Shown: in pieces, positions 38,376 to 50,887 of the stretch
Numbering within the stretch: position 1 is the stretch's first letter
Layout: each line of letters begins with the position of its first letter
NCBI RefSeq assembly: GCF_018350175.1
Contig: NC_058368.1
Location: 140,122,001-140,186,000, forward strand
Length of the DNA stretch: 64,000 bases
Direction: 5' to 3'
Origin: Felis catus
Taxonomy: Eukaryota
Notes under the pieces: generated by a model
The model's input: the letters and a program-made list of their open reading frames with translations, nothing else
What the model was told of the DNA's origin: nothing
The model's database searches: none
Translations under genes and position numbers: made by a program

Positions 38376-38549
38376 AAGACTGTTGGAGAAAAACAGGATA
38401 CTCAGTGAATTTGAATTCAGATTAACAAACAATTTCTTAGTCAAATGTTGCTTGGGGCATACTTACATTAAAATGTTATCTGTTGTTTATATAAAGTTTA
38501 CATTTATCTGGGCATCCTGTATTTTTACTTGCTGAATCTGGCAACTCTG
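38376..38549. mobile_element. MER53 palindromic hAT-type MITE
   Basis: aaacaggatactcagtgaatttgaattcagattaacaa ... gttgtttatataaagtttacatttatctgggcatcctgtattttt..atctggcaactctg; long inverted arms. Confidence 0.8.
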
Positions 38550-40157
38550 TTGATAAAGCTCATTAATTTTTCTCTTTCTTTTTTTAAAGTGAGGTTGTTT
38601 CATTAATGCCTGTCTCTCCCAACTGAACTCTACATTCCAGGAGACCAAGGACAGGATCAGGGATAGGTTGTGGTTTTGTCTTGTTGTTTATCCCTAGTGT
38701 CTAAGCCAGTGTCTGGAGCTTCGTAAGAGCCCAGGAAATATTATCAGATGACTTAATGAACTGTTTAACAAAACTGGTGTAACTGTGGACAAATGTCTTT
38801 ACCTCTTTAGAGCCTTGATTTCTTAAGCTGTGAAAAGTTGATGTTTATATGTCTTTTTTAGGATTGTGTGAAAAGGTTAAGTAGGGAAAACATACGTACA
38901 TTTCCTAGCATGTTACTTTGCAGGCACTGTACCGTAAAAGATTTTTCTCTTCAATCAGTGTGTTTTTTTGTTTTTTGTTTTTTGTAAAATGGAAGTATTC
39001 CTTCTTAATGTGTGGGATCCCACAACCTTTTTATTATAATGTGATTCTGTAAGTCATCAAATGTTTCCTGAGTATTTACCAAATTCAAGGTACTCTGGAG
39101 ATTCTGCTGTGCAGTTACAAAGGTCCTGTTCTCAAGAAGAACACATCTCTGGAACGGTAACACACAAGGGCTGGCTTCATTGGCCTTTGACCTACATGGT
39201 CACATGGTGCCTCATGTTCAGAAAGGCCCTGTGTTTGGTTTATGCTCTGCCATCACCTCTTGAAATTTTTTGAATACAAGGTCAATTATGTAGCTAATAC
39301 TGGTAACCTATGTATGTTTGTATTTAGCACATGCATGGGGAGCATTATAGTCTTCTTAATGACCCTTGGCCTCAGGGAACTTATGATTTTCCTCACTTAC
39401 ATGGTTTATAATTGGCTGAACCAAGATCAATGTCTTTTCCAGTACACCATGACTGTCTTCACATTTACAACCATCTAGTGTGGTCTAAACCTTTGAGTGA
39501 GCATCAAGAGCCTTTAAAGAATTAGCTTTAGTTCTCCCATTCTTTGGTCATTTCCATGGACATTCCCTCCCTGTCACTGCACCTGCAGTTGCTGAGGGAT
39601 CGCAGCTTCAAGTTCTAGGTCTGCCTTTGTGGCAACACCAGGAACAATGTGCTTTAGACTTCATCTCCACCTATATTCAGGTTTTTAAATCTGCAGATCC
39701 ACACGAAATAGTGATCATGGTGGGGGGAAGGTTAACATTTTTCTAAGAGAAATATCAGAGATGTATGTTCTTTGCTTTAAATCACCCAGCTGAGTCACAC
39801 AGCCCGGGAGCCTTTGCAGCAGGGAGCGGCCATGCATTTTGGCAGTGGGTAGAGAAGGTGACCCACTTTGTCATTTCAGGCTCTGGCTAGCTTGTTTTTA
39901 AATATACTTATTTAAATATTACTTTTTAGTAGCTCTAACCATGCCATTTTTTCTTTCTTTTTTTTACAATTTTTGTGCTTACGTGTGTTTGTATTTGAGA
40001 AGTGACATTCTAATAATTCCACTGGGCTCCTGTCGTGTTTGCCTTCACACTATTACTGTTTTCACCATGTGACAGCCTGCTCCAGTTAATGCACATGAAA
40101 CACATTATGAGCTGTGTTGAACCCAAAAGTAATTTAAATAGAAAGTTTATTATTTTT

Positions 40158-40359
40158 GGGGTGCCTGGGTGGCGCAGTCGGTTGAGCGTCCGACTTCAGC
40201 CAGGTCATGATCTCGCGGTCCGTGAGTTCGAGCCCCGCGTCGGGCTCTGGGCTGATGGCTCAGAGCCTGGAGCCTGTTTCCGATTCTGTGTCTCCCTCTC
40301 TCTCTGCCCCTCCCCCGTTCATGCTCTGTCTCTCTCTGTCCCAAAAATAAATAAATGTT
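40158..40359 (+). mobile_element. Young felid SINE lacking a terminal poly(A)
   Basis: TSD gaaagtttattattttt at 40141-40157 and 40360-40376. Confidence 0.96.
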
Positions 40360-41809
40360 GAAAGTTTATTATTTTTGAAGTATCCAGTTAAATCTGTCAC
40401 TGGGGTTTCCTCTTGGCCACATCAATGTGGAGGCAGAAATACAGATCCACGCTAGCAGCCACAGTCATTTTCCTGGCTCTATTCCTATCCCAATTGTGGA
40501 TTCCCAGTCTGCTGTAAAGATTCTTCACTATTTCTTTGAGTCGTCAGGCATCATTCCTGTGGTCCTTGTCCCTATTTCCCTGCAGTAGCATCACCGCAGT
40601 GTTGTGCCGCATACTCCCCACTGCCCAGTGCCCTGGCTCCAGTGTTGTAGAAGCTGCTGACACTACATGTGCTCTTTACGTCCCTGGAGAGTTTAGAGAA
40701 TGTGTGAATATATGGGGCTGGTGAGAAACACTGCAGAGGACATGGCATCCTGTATTCACAATCAACTGTCCTTTGCACTCCAGCCCATTGTCCTGAGACC
40801 ATGACTAGTGGGTCTCAGATTGCCTTCAGTTTGGACTGAGCTCTTTCCTGGGAATTTCTTAGTCCCTCCCTTTCAGACATGCTCAGAAGTATCAGAATAT
40901 TAAGATAAATGGTCAGCATTTTGCACAGGATGTTTTATGCATTTTATTTGTGGTAGTGAAAAATCAGAAACAATTGAATTACTTGAGTTTTTAGCAATAA
41001 TTACATATTACTCTGTAAGTAAGGCATTAGTAAAGTTGGTAAAAATGAATTTCGCGATGCCTCTGTGATGATGTTTCTTAAATAGGTCTAGTTATTAATC
41101 TTTTAGTGGCTAAAACACAGTGCCACGTTTGTTTTGTTCTGTTTTGTTTTAGTTCATAATACAAGAAGGTAGTTGAAGTTGTGAGGACAGGGATTATTTT
41201 GGTGCTCAATAAAGCTGTTTTCATTTTGAATGAAAAAAGGGAACTCGCCTATAAACATCAGTACACTGGCCACTGAGAAGAACTGCTCATTGCTGACTTA
41301 GGTTATTAAAGCTGAGGACCTCTCCTCCATCCCCCCACCTCCATTCTTAATAAATCTTATGTGTCTAATAGCTGTCAAAAGCCAGTATTACTACTCAAAT
41401 GTCTTGCTCTTAGGGACATTTCTCATCCTACTGTGGTTGTATATTTGATGAGATTGGAGATGGACAATTATTATCTTCCCTTCCATGGGTTTGGAATGTC
41501 CTAATGTACCTTCCCCCCCCCCCCATCCAACATACACCCACTCATGGAAAAGACTCCTACCTGCCCTTCAAGCCTCAGCTTAAAACTTCATCCATCTCCC
41601 TCCATGACAGAATTCAGGCCCCTTTCTTTGTTTCTTCCAGTCCCTTTGCAGCCACGTCTCTTGAGTGCTTCTCACATTTTGTCATTGTAGCCTCTCTACA
41701 CGTGTTTTTCCTAGATTCTGGGCCCCTTGAACCGTAAGAGGCCAAGTCATTGAGATCTTTGTAACTCCAGGTGCTGGACACATAGGGACTGAACATATTT
41801 TAAATAATT

Positions 41810-42003
41810 ATTAAGCCTTTTAAATGCAAGTATAATATACATAGACAAAAGTCTACATATTAAACGTGTATAGCTGAACTGATTTTTACAAACTGAACAC
41901 ATCTCTTTAACCAACACCCAGATCATGATAGGGATGGCTCCCACACCCCAGAAACTCCTTGCATGTCCTTTCCAATCATAAGCCTCTTCCACTATCCTGA
42001 CCT
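41810..42003 (-). mobile_element. Old L1M 3' end fragment
   Basis: gtataatatacatagacaaaag...ttttacaaactgaacacatc...ccccagaaactccttgcatgtcc. Confidence 0.65.
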
Positions 42004-43167
42004 CAGTCCTCTGGAGGTGCTTAAATGCAGCTCTCCCTGTCCTGCTCAGATACCCATTTTTTTTTTTTCATGCCCAGAGTCTGGGAAACTGCTTGGCAGA
42101 GCCTAATCACTGCTGATGGACATGGGAATGTCCTGACACTATCCCCAGATGCCCAAAGTCTCAGTCCACAAGATGCCAGAGGCAGAGAAAACAGTCCCTG
42201 ATTTTCTCCCCACTCTTCTGGGGAACAAAATAATTTCTTTTTAATAGATAAAGGCTCCAGATTTCTATTTCTTCTTATGTCAGTTTTAGTAAACTGCATT
42301 TAAGTAAAAAGAAATTTGTCAATTTTATCCAGATTGTCAAATTTATTGCATAGTTATTTATGAATCACTGGTTTGTTTTTATTTTGTGAACTCTGTGATT
42401 CTTGTATTTAATTGTATTTTCTTCATTGCTTTGGATACTCCTATCATTTTTTTGTATAGATTCTAGAAACGTCAGGGTCATGTGGCATTATTGTAGATTA
42501 TTAAAAATGCATATAAATTATTTAAAATGCATTCTTGTATCATTTGAACATGGAATCATTGCCTGTGGTTATTCACAAATTTTAAAACTCATTATTTCTT
42601 TTATTTACTATTAAATAACAGCCCTGATAATATCAGAATATTAGTAACTAGATAGAATTACCGATACACTTAGGTAATTTTTAAAATATCTAAATTATAT
42701 AAGCCAGGTTTAGGGGAGATTCCAATTTTGTTGAAAGCAAACATGTTGATAAAAATGAAATACCCATGGGCTTGATGTGCATCTACTGGTTATTTAGCGT
42801 CTATGTGTTTAGAATCTGAACAGATAAATGAGCCATGGTTTGAATTTTGATGACAAGGGTTTTATTTAGTGAAAACTTAAACCTTATTCAATTCATATTC
42901 CATCCCTGCCTGCCTGTACATGGATCTGTCAGGTAATGGCCGACTGCAGATTTCATCCTTTGAAGGTGATTGTAGGGGAGAAAACTCATGAAATACACAT
43001 TGGCATGGTTTGTTGGAGGGTTTTTCTATATCCCAGCAACTCATGTAGCTAGTGGTTCAATATCATGTATTTATACAGTGCTGTTTAACTTTTACCTTTT
43101 CCCTGGATAGCACCCATTCCTTCTTTTTCCTATTATCCATATACTCCCTGTCCAACATTATAAATTT

Positions 43168-43302
43168 AATTTTTTTAAGTTTATTTATTTTGAGAGAGAG
43201 CACAGAGACTGACTCTGGGCTTGATACCACAAACCATGATATCATGACCTGAGCTGAAATCAAGAGTTGGATGCATAACCGAATGAGCCATCCAGGCACC
43301 CC
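43168..43302 (-). mobile_element. CanSINE with internal deletion
   Basis: TSD ccaacattat(a/g)aattt; jump gagagagagc-acagag. Confidence 0.9.
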
Positions 43303-43409
43303 AACATTATGAATTTCTTACTAATTTTTCTATTCCTCCTTTAACCATACTTGCCTCACTTATGCTGGGGAGAATAAAAAAGAAAATCTCATTTGACAAA
43401 TCAGACATT

Positions 43410-43715
43410 TATTGCTACATCATGGTACCTAACTGACTACTCCAAAAGTTAGTAACTTAAAGCAATATCTTTTTGCCTGTGCATCTGTGGATTGGCAGGC
43501 TAATTTCTGTTGAGCTTTGCTAGATTTTACCCAAGGTACAGGTTAGGTTCAGGTCTTTAATTCTACTTGGAGTAATTGGCTCTCCAGTTCATATTTTTTG
43601 CATGGGGATGATAGAAGTACAAGAAAAATGAACGGAAACATGTGATGCCTCTTAAGTCTAGGCTCAGAAACAGTGCATGTCACTTCAACCTATGTTCCAC
43701 TGACCAAAAACATAT
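43410..43715 (-). mobile_element. MLT1-type LTR remnant
   Basis: tactccaaaagttagtaacttaaagcaa ... aggctcagaaacagtgcatgtcacttc. Confidence 0.6.
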
Positions 43716-43956
43716 AATGCATAGGACAGTTCCACTTAACAGAGCATTGCCTCACATACTGCACAACTTTCCCGTGTTCCTTCAGACAGCCATTTAAGTG
43801 AAAATTGCATTTCTAATAACTTAGGTCTAGAACTTCTTCTGTTAAACACAAGTATTTTTTGCATAATTTTTTATATAACATATTTTCCTTGAGTGAAACT
43901 ACTTATAAATCAAGGGAAGACTACAATTTGTTTTATTTAAAATCTTACCAAGAGTT

Positions 43957-44154
43957 GGGGTACCTGGGTGGCTCAGGTCATAATCTCATGGTCCGTGAGT
44001 TCAAGCCCCTGTCAGACTCTGTGCTGACAATGGAGAGCCTGGAGCCTGTTTTTGATTCTGTGTCTCCCTCTCTCTCTGTGCCTCCCCCGTCACGTTCTGT
44101 CCCCTTCTCTCGCAATAATAAACATTAAATACATACATACATATGAATAAAAAA
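43957..44154 (+). mobile_element. CanSINE with deletion between its two GGCTCAG repeats
   Basis: TSD taaaatcttaccaagagttg at 43938-43957 and 44155-44174. Confidence 0.93.
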
Positions 44155-44304
44155 TAAAATCTTACCAAGAGTTGCTCATCATTTCCAACAATCATGTCAC
44201 CAGTAGTAACACACACTAGTTGTGATATTTAAGTTGCTACTAAGCACACCTGTATTTGTCTCCATGGGTGTTTGTTACATTCATGGTGATTACACATTTT
44301 TTAA

Positions 44305-45735
44305 AATTATTATTTTTTTATATTGTGTTTTTATTTTATTTTCTAAATTTACATCCAAGTTAGTTAGCATATAGTGCAGCAATGATTCCAGGAATAGATT
44401 CCTTAATGCCCCTTATCCATTTGGACCATTCCCCCTCCCACAATCCCTCCAATAACCCTCTGTTTGTTCTCCATATTTAAGAGTCTCTTGTATTTTGTCC
44501 CCCTTCCTGTTTTTATATTATTTTTGCTTCCCTTCCCTTGTGTTCATCTGTTCTGTCTCTTAAAGTCCTCATATGAGTGAAGTCATATGATACTTGTCTT
44601 TCTCTAATTTCGCTTAGCATAATACCCTCCAGTTCCATCCGCATAGTTGCAAATGGCAAGATTTCCTTCTTTTTGATTGCCGAGTCATACTCCATTGTAT
44701 ATATGTACCACATCTTCTTTATCCATTCATCCATTGATGGACATTTGGGCTCTTTCCATACTTTGGCTATTTTTGATAATGCTGCTATAAACATTGGGAT
44801 GCATGTGCCCGTTTGAAACAGCATACCTGTATCTCTTGGATAAATACCTAGTTGCAGTTACTGGGCTGTAGGGTGGTTCTATTTTTAGTTTTTTGAGGAA
44901 CCTCCATACTGTTTTCCAGAGTGGCTGCACCAGTTTGCATTCCCACCAACAATGCAAAAGAGATCCTCTTTCTCCGCATCCTCACCAACATCTGTTGTTG
45001 CCTGAGTTGTTAATGTTAGCCATTCTGACGTGAGGTGGCATCTCATTGTGGTTTTGATTTGTATTTCCTTGATGATGAGTGAAGTTGAGCATTTTTTCAT
45101 GTGTTGGTTGGCCATCTGGATGTCTTCTTTGGAGAAGTGTCTATTCATGTCTTTTGCCCATTTCTTCACAGGATTATTTGTTTTTTTGGTGTTGAGTTTG
45201 TTAAATTCTTGATAGGTTTTGGATACTAACCCTGTATCTGATATGTCGTTTGCAAATATCTTCTCCCATTCTGTCAGTTGCCTTTTAGTTTTGCTGATTG
45301 TTTCCTTTGCTGTGCATAAGCTTTTCATCTTGATGCAGTCCCAATAGTTCATTTTTGCTTTTGTTTCCCTTGCCTCTGGAGACATGTTGAGTAAGAAGTT
45401 GCTGTAGCCAAGATCAAAGAGGTTTTGCCTGTTTTCTCCTCGAGGATTTTGATGGCTTCTTGTCTTACATTTAGGTCTTTCATCCATGTTGAGTTTTTTT
45501 GTGTGTGTATGGTGTAAGAAAGTGGTCCAGATTCATTTTTCTGCATGTTGCTGTCCAGTTTTCCCAGCACCATTTGCTGAAGAAACTGTCTTTATTCCAT
45601 TGGATTCTTTACTGCTTTGTCAAAGATTAGTTGGCCATGCACTTGTGGGTCCATTTCTGGGTTCTCTATTCTGTTCCATTGGTCTGAGTGTCTGTTTTTG
45701 TGCCAGTACCATACTGTCTTGATTATTACAGCTTT
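44305..45735 (-). mobile_element. Felid L1 3' fragment (about 1.4 kb)
   Basis: ORF2 C-terminal peptides (44885-45487, 44513-44824); 3' UTR ending ggatgtaaattt plus A-rich tail. Confidence 0.95.
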
Positions 45736-45739
45736 TAAA

Positions 45740-45960
45740 TTATTTTTTTAAATGTTTATTTATTTTTGAGAGAGAGATAGGATGTCTCTCTCTGGGTGGG
45801 TGGGAGAGGGGTGGAGAGAGAGGGAGACAGAATCCGAAGCAGGCTCTAGGCTCTGAGCTGTCAGCACAGAGTCCAACAGGGAGGCTTGAACCCACAAGTC
45901 CTGAGATCATGACCTGAGCCAAAGTTGGACACTTTACCGACTTAGCCACCCAGGCACCCC
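45740..45960 (-). mobile_element. CanSINE
   Basis: Consensus head ...gccacccaggcacccc at 45960. Confidence 0.94.
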
Positions 45961-45967
45961 TATACAT

Positions 45968-46172
45968 TTTTTAAGGTTTATTCATTTATTTTGAGAGAGA
46001 GAGAGAGCGTGATCAGGGAAGGGGCAGAGAGAGAGGGAGAGAGAGAAACCCAAGCAGACTCCACGCTGTCAGCACAGAGCTGGACATGGGCTCAAACTCA
46101 CAAATTGTGAGATTATGACCTGAGCCAAGATCAAGAGTTGGACACTTGACTGACTGAGCCACCCAGGCCCCC
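45968..46172 (-). mobile_element. CanSINE (outermost of a nested trio)
   Basis: TSD tggtgatta(c/t)acattt at 44284-44299 and 46173-46188. Confidence 0.93.
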
Positions 46173-47977
46173 TGGTGATTATACATTTAGAAGCAAGCAT
46201 TTCATGTCTTTATTCTGTATTCTAGAATTGTTACAGTGGAACATTTCATATTTAAAAACCTATTTTATTATTTCGTCTATTTCTCCTTGTCACTGTTAGG
46301 GCATTGCATAGTTATTTTAAGTTGATGTGTGCAGGTGGGTTATTTTATCTATGAAAATTATTTAACAAGGCATTGAAAATATATGTTATTGCTAGGTGTT
46401 GTTGGACTGCTCTAGATTCTCTACATTTTAGTGTCACATGTAGTAAGCAGATTTCTATTTCTGGATTAGAAGGGGCAAGTTGTAACAGAGAGGGCTCTTC
46501 CATTTTGGCATTGTTTCTGAAGGGAGCATGCTCTTTTTGTGAAGATTACCACATTATTCTCTCTCTAGCAGTAGTTGTGAAGAGGGTTGTGTATGACCTG
46601 GACTTGCTTACAGAAATGGTGTGTCTATAGAAAATATACAAGCCTCTATCATAATTATCATAATTCTACTTCCAAGGCTCCCCCAAAATGCAAGCTGTGT
46701 GAAGACTTGGGCTGTGAAGGCATGAGTTTTTACCATGCTCTCTAATCTCAATTCATGATGGGTAGGAACAGGAGAATCTTAGAAGAAAGAAGAAACAGAC
46801 ATTTTCAAAGATGGCTGCTCTAACAACTGGAGGAGATGCCCAATTAGGAGTCTGGTGGTTTCTTTCTGATCCTGCTTTTCAAGTCTTGTTATTCTCTGAG
46901 GTCACTGCTGGACAATGTTTCCTATGGGATTCCCTTGCCAGTCTTCTGTGTATGAAGGTGGGAGCCATCTGAATTGCTTCTACAAGAGACTCTGACAAAA
47001 GAGGGAGTGAAAACTTGGTGACCTGTCTTGGTCTGTAGTTTAAGTATAAGAATATTTTTCTATCAACAGAAATTGATACAAGGGTAATTCAGAAGGAATA
47101 CATCAGAAGACATGGAATGAGTGACCCAGGACTGAATAGTATGTCTCGTTTTTGTGCCTTTTAATCTAAAATTGGAGTATTGATAAAGGCATCATACTCT
47201 TTATCTATGGCACGCAGAGGACATTGTTATTGGAGCAGAGCTCTAAACATTCATTACTGGGAACCTGAATATGTAATGATTGTGCCTGCTATTTGGGATA
47301 CAGATGTGAGTGCACAAGAAGGTTTGATTATATTCAAAGGCAGTGACTAAAAAAAAAAAATAATCCAAACCCATAAAGGTTAACATCCACTTCCCGGGAA
47401 GCCTGAGGAGAAAAGCCATTGATTAATATAATTGAATGTGAGACAGGAATACAGGCCATCTTATACTTCCAGCTTTATTTAATATCATGAGAATGACATG
47501 ATTCTTCTTTAGGGGTGACACCAGTGAAACCTACTGGCCCTGGAAGATTTGGAAGCATCTGAGCTCTGTCTAAATTATACACTGATGGGGCCTGGGCCAA
47601 AGTTAAAGGGATATTTTGCAATAGACAACTAATTCATTTACTCCAACGTTTTGATGTTATGCAAACTCTTATTATTACCATACTACAGAGTTGCTGTGTT
47701 GATTACCACATCAGACATTTGGTGTAACATCATATTGCATTTAACAAAGCTCCTAAATAAGAGTTCATGCTATGTCCAATTGTTGGGTCAGGAATTTTTT
47801 TCACTCAGTAAATGATTTAAAAATCATACAATGAACTGTCTTTGCCTAAAATTGAAGTGTAGTAAAGTGTGACCCTGAGTTCTTGGGGCTCCCAGTGATG
47901 CTTTTGACGTTACTTCTGCACCTCCTCCTAGCCATATTAGTGCTTTCTTTTGATGGTATTTATGTGTTTTTTTTGGG

Positions 47978-47980
<3 letters not shown>

Positions 47981-48019
<39 letters not shown>
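47981..48019. repeat. (TG)n microsatellite
   Basis: Direct reading. Confidence 0.95.
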
Positions 48020-48021
<2 letters not shown>

Positions 48022-49374
48022 CTTGCCTTCATTTACTCTTCTGGTAGTGATGGGTTGTGACATCTTCACTCGAGAAACACTGTTAAGTGCTTCTCAGGGT
48101 CTTCTGATTGCATTGTACTTTTCTGCTTGGAGGGGTTCCCTCCTTCTCTCAAAGGATAACTGGCCATTGATTTTTGGTCTGGCTGGCATATGACAACACA
48201 GAACTCTTCCATAATGGTTTTCACTATCTCTGACTGACAGCACTGGGAATCCGGATGTCTAGCTTCTCAGGTTAGCCACTGCACGTGTCCGAAGGCTGGA
48301 GGCCACTTGGGTTTAACCCTCGGGTTCAGCCTACCTTCTAGTAATGGTGAAGGGATATATGATGATCTTTTCAGGTTGTATCAGATTTTCTTTCTTTTAC
48401 CAAGTTGAATTTTTCATTCAAAATTCCTAACTTAATTCTAAGAACTAGTGTGTGTCTGTGTCTGTATATTGCTTATGCTAATAGATTTCTTATATCTCAG
48501 AAGAGATGAAATTAGGAGTTGATAGTCCAATGTGAATTTTTGCTCTTAGTTGAATTTTGTAAATGTGCCCAAAGCCTCTCTATATATAGTCCTGTCAGCA
48601 AAATGGCCACAATATTTTATTTGTAAAATGCTTAGAACATATTTATAATGTTGAACTATAAAATTAGCAAATATTTATTAACTTTGTTAAGTGTTAGGAT
48701 AATAAGAAAAGGAGGGATTTTTAAATGAATCATGGCATACATTATTTAGTCCTGGCTCATGTAAAGCCACCTTTTAACTCAGCTGAAGTTCAAGGTTGGC
48801 TGTTTATCTACTTCTTTATTAGCTTAAAAGCTACAGGTATGTTAAATGAAAAAAAAAATACAGCTTCACAGTATGTAATGAAAACTAGCATCCAAACTAC
48901 AGTTAATCCAAAGAGCACTGGCTATTGCCCTAAAAGGGCACTCTTTCCTATGAGAGCATAAAAGGCACCAGAATTTATCTGGATTTGAGAAGGCAGAGAA
49001 GTTATTTAATAACAGTCTTAAGTATTTGAAAGTTGAATGCACAAGAGCATGCCTACCTTTTTTTTTCTTCTTAATGGGAGACAGGAGAAAATGGACTTGA
49101 GTCGATAATTGAAATATTTAAAAAAATGAAGTCAAAGTTTCAATTCAGTTTCAGTTAACAAATGGATCATCTCCTTTATGCAAGGGACATGCTGTGCTCC
49201 TTAGGAAAGATGAGATGGGTAGGATTCAGCCTGTGATCTCAAGTACACAGACGTGTGTGGAAGGGCTCAGACGAATTAAATCCGGAGATACTGTACAACG
49301 AGGAGTGGGCATTCATTATAAGCGGCCCAAAACTCTACAGTGGTTTGAAGATGGCAATGGCTCATTTCTTAAGG

Positions 49375-49596
49375 TAGAGCTTCTCAATCCCAGCACTACT
49401 GACATTTGGGCTAGATAAATCTTTGTAGAGGCTGTGCTGTGCTTTGTAAGGTAGTTAACAGCATCCCTGACTGATACTAGATGCCAGTAGTATTTACCCC
49501 TCCAGTCATCACATCCAAAACTGTCTCAAATAGTGCCTAATGTTCCCAGGGTAGGAGTAGAGAGTGTGCAAGATTGCCCCCAGCTGAGAACCACTG
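49375..49596 (+). mobile_element. MER20 hAT-Charlie DNA transposon
   Basis: ttctcaatcccagcactactgacatttgggc...agcatccctg...tagatgccagtag...gctgagaaccactg; degenerate 8-bp TSD tcttaagg/acctaagg. Confidence 0.88.
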
Positions 49597-50080
49597 ACCT
49601 AAGGAATAAAGAAAAACCTCAAAAGCCAGATGGGATTTTATCAGGCAGACAGGGCGATGCAGGATATTTGAGGCAGAGGTGGAGCATCCGGGGGGCGAGT
49701 GGGAAGAGACGAGGTGTGAGCACTGGAACTTGGCAGTGGTGGGAGGCTGAGCTGCTGGGTGGGTGGGTGGGGGGGGATGGGAATTCTTGAATTTGGGTGC
49801 AGCGGTTTGGGCTCAGTTTGAGCAGGGGATTATCTTTATCAAAACTACACATTCACAAAGATGAATTTGAAATCAGGTGTACAATGGGTTAGGGTAGGGA
49901 GAGCCTTGAGGTAAAGATACCAGTCAGGAGTGACCAGTTTCAGTTACTTCACATAGACAGCCCCTCATTCTGCATTCTGTGAAGCACTTTGCCCACACAT
50001 ATTTATTGTGCCTCTATTGAGGACCAGGCACTGCTCCAGCTGTTGGAGGTAGAACAAAGAACAAGACAGATTAATTCCCT

Positions 50081-50317
50081 GGGGTACCTGGGTGGCTCAG
50101 TTGGTTGAGCGACTGACTTTGGCTCAGGTCATGATCTTGATTTTGGCTCAGGTCATGATCTCATGGTTCTTGGGATTGAGTCCCACGTTGGGCTCTACCC
50201 TGACAGTGAAGAGCCTGCTTGGAATTGTCTCCCTCTTTCTTTGCCCCTCCCTCGCCCCCTCTTCCGTACTTGCACTTGAGCTCTCTCTTAAAACATATAA
50301 ATAAACGTTAAAAAAAA
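50081..50317 (+). mobile_element. CanSINE with internal tandem duplication (ttggctcaggtcatgatct x2)
   Basis: Direct reading; TSD agattaattccctg / agataaagtccctg. Confidence 0.92.
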
Positions 50318-50663
50318 GAGATAAAGTCCCTGTTCTCATAGAGATTACATTTAGAGGGGGAGGAAATAAACAATACCCAAGTAAAAATGAAACTGTCAAA
50401 ATAATTTTAAAGGGTGCTTAAAGTCTATGAAGACAGTATAACAGGTAATGTGATCTTCGGTGACCAGAGAGGCTGCTAATATTAGCGGGAAAACTTACTG
50501 TAGTTAACTAAAACATTGTAACAATTTGGTACAAAGAAACTGCATTTTTATCAACATTTATTAGAAATCTCATCACTAGGTGACCAAAAATAAAGAGGTA
50601 AAATAATAGAACGTATTTTTTCCCAGTGGACGTATGAAAGTATCTGCTATGAAGAATATTTCT

Positions 50664-50887
50664 CTTTTTTTTAAATTTTTAATGTTTACTTATTTGAGAG
50701 AGACAGAGAGAGAGAGAGACAGAGTGTGAGCTGGGAAGGGTAGAGAGAAGGAGACACAGTATCTGGAGCAGGCTCTAGGCTCTGAGCTATCAGCCCAGAG
50801 CTGGATGTGGGGTCAAATCCAGGAACCATGAGATCATGACCTGAGCCTAAGTCAGACACTTAACCAACTGAGCCACCCAGGCGCCCC
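50664..50887 (-). mobile_element. CanSINE
   Basis: TSD agaatatttc on both sides. Confidence 0.94.

Noticed and set aside
48060..48380. Possible exon in a non-repeat block after the (TG)n tract
   Set aside because: The frames I translated close quickly, no convincing acceptor/donor pair and no recognisable peptide.
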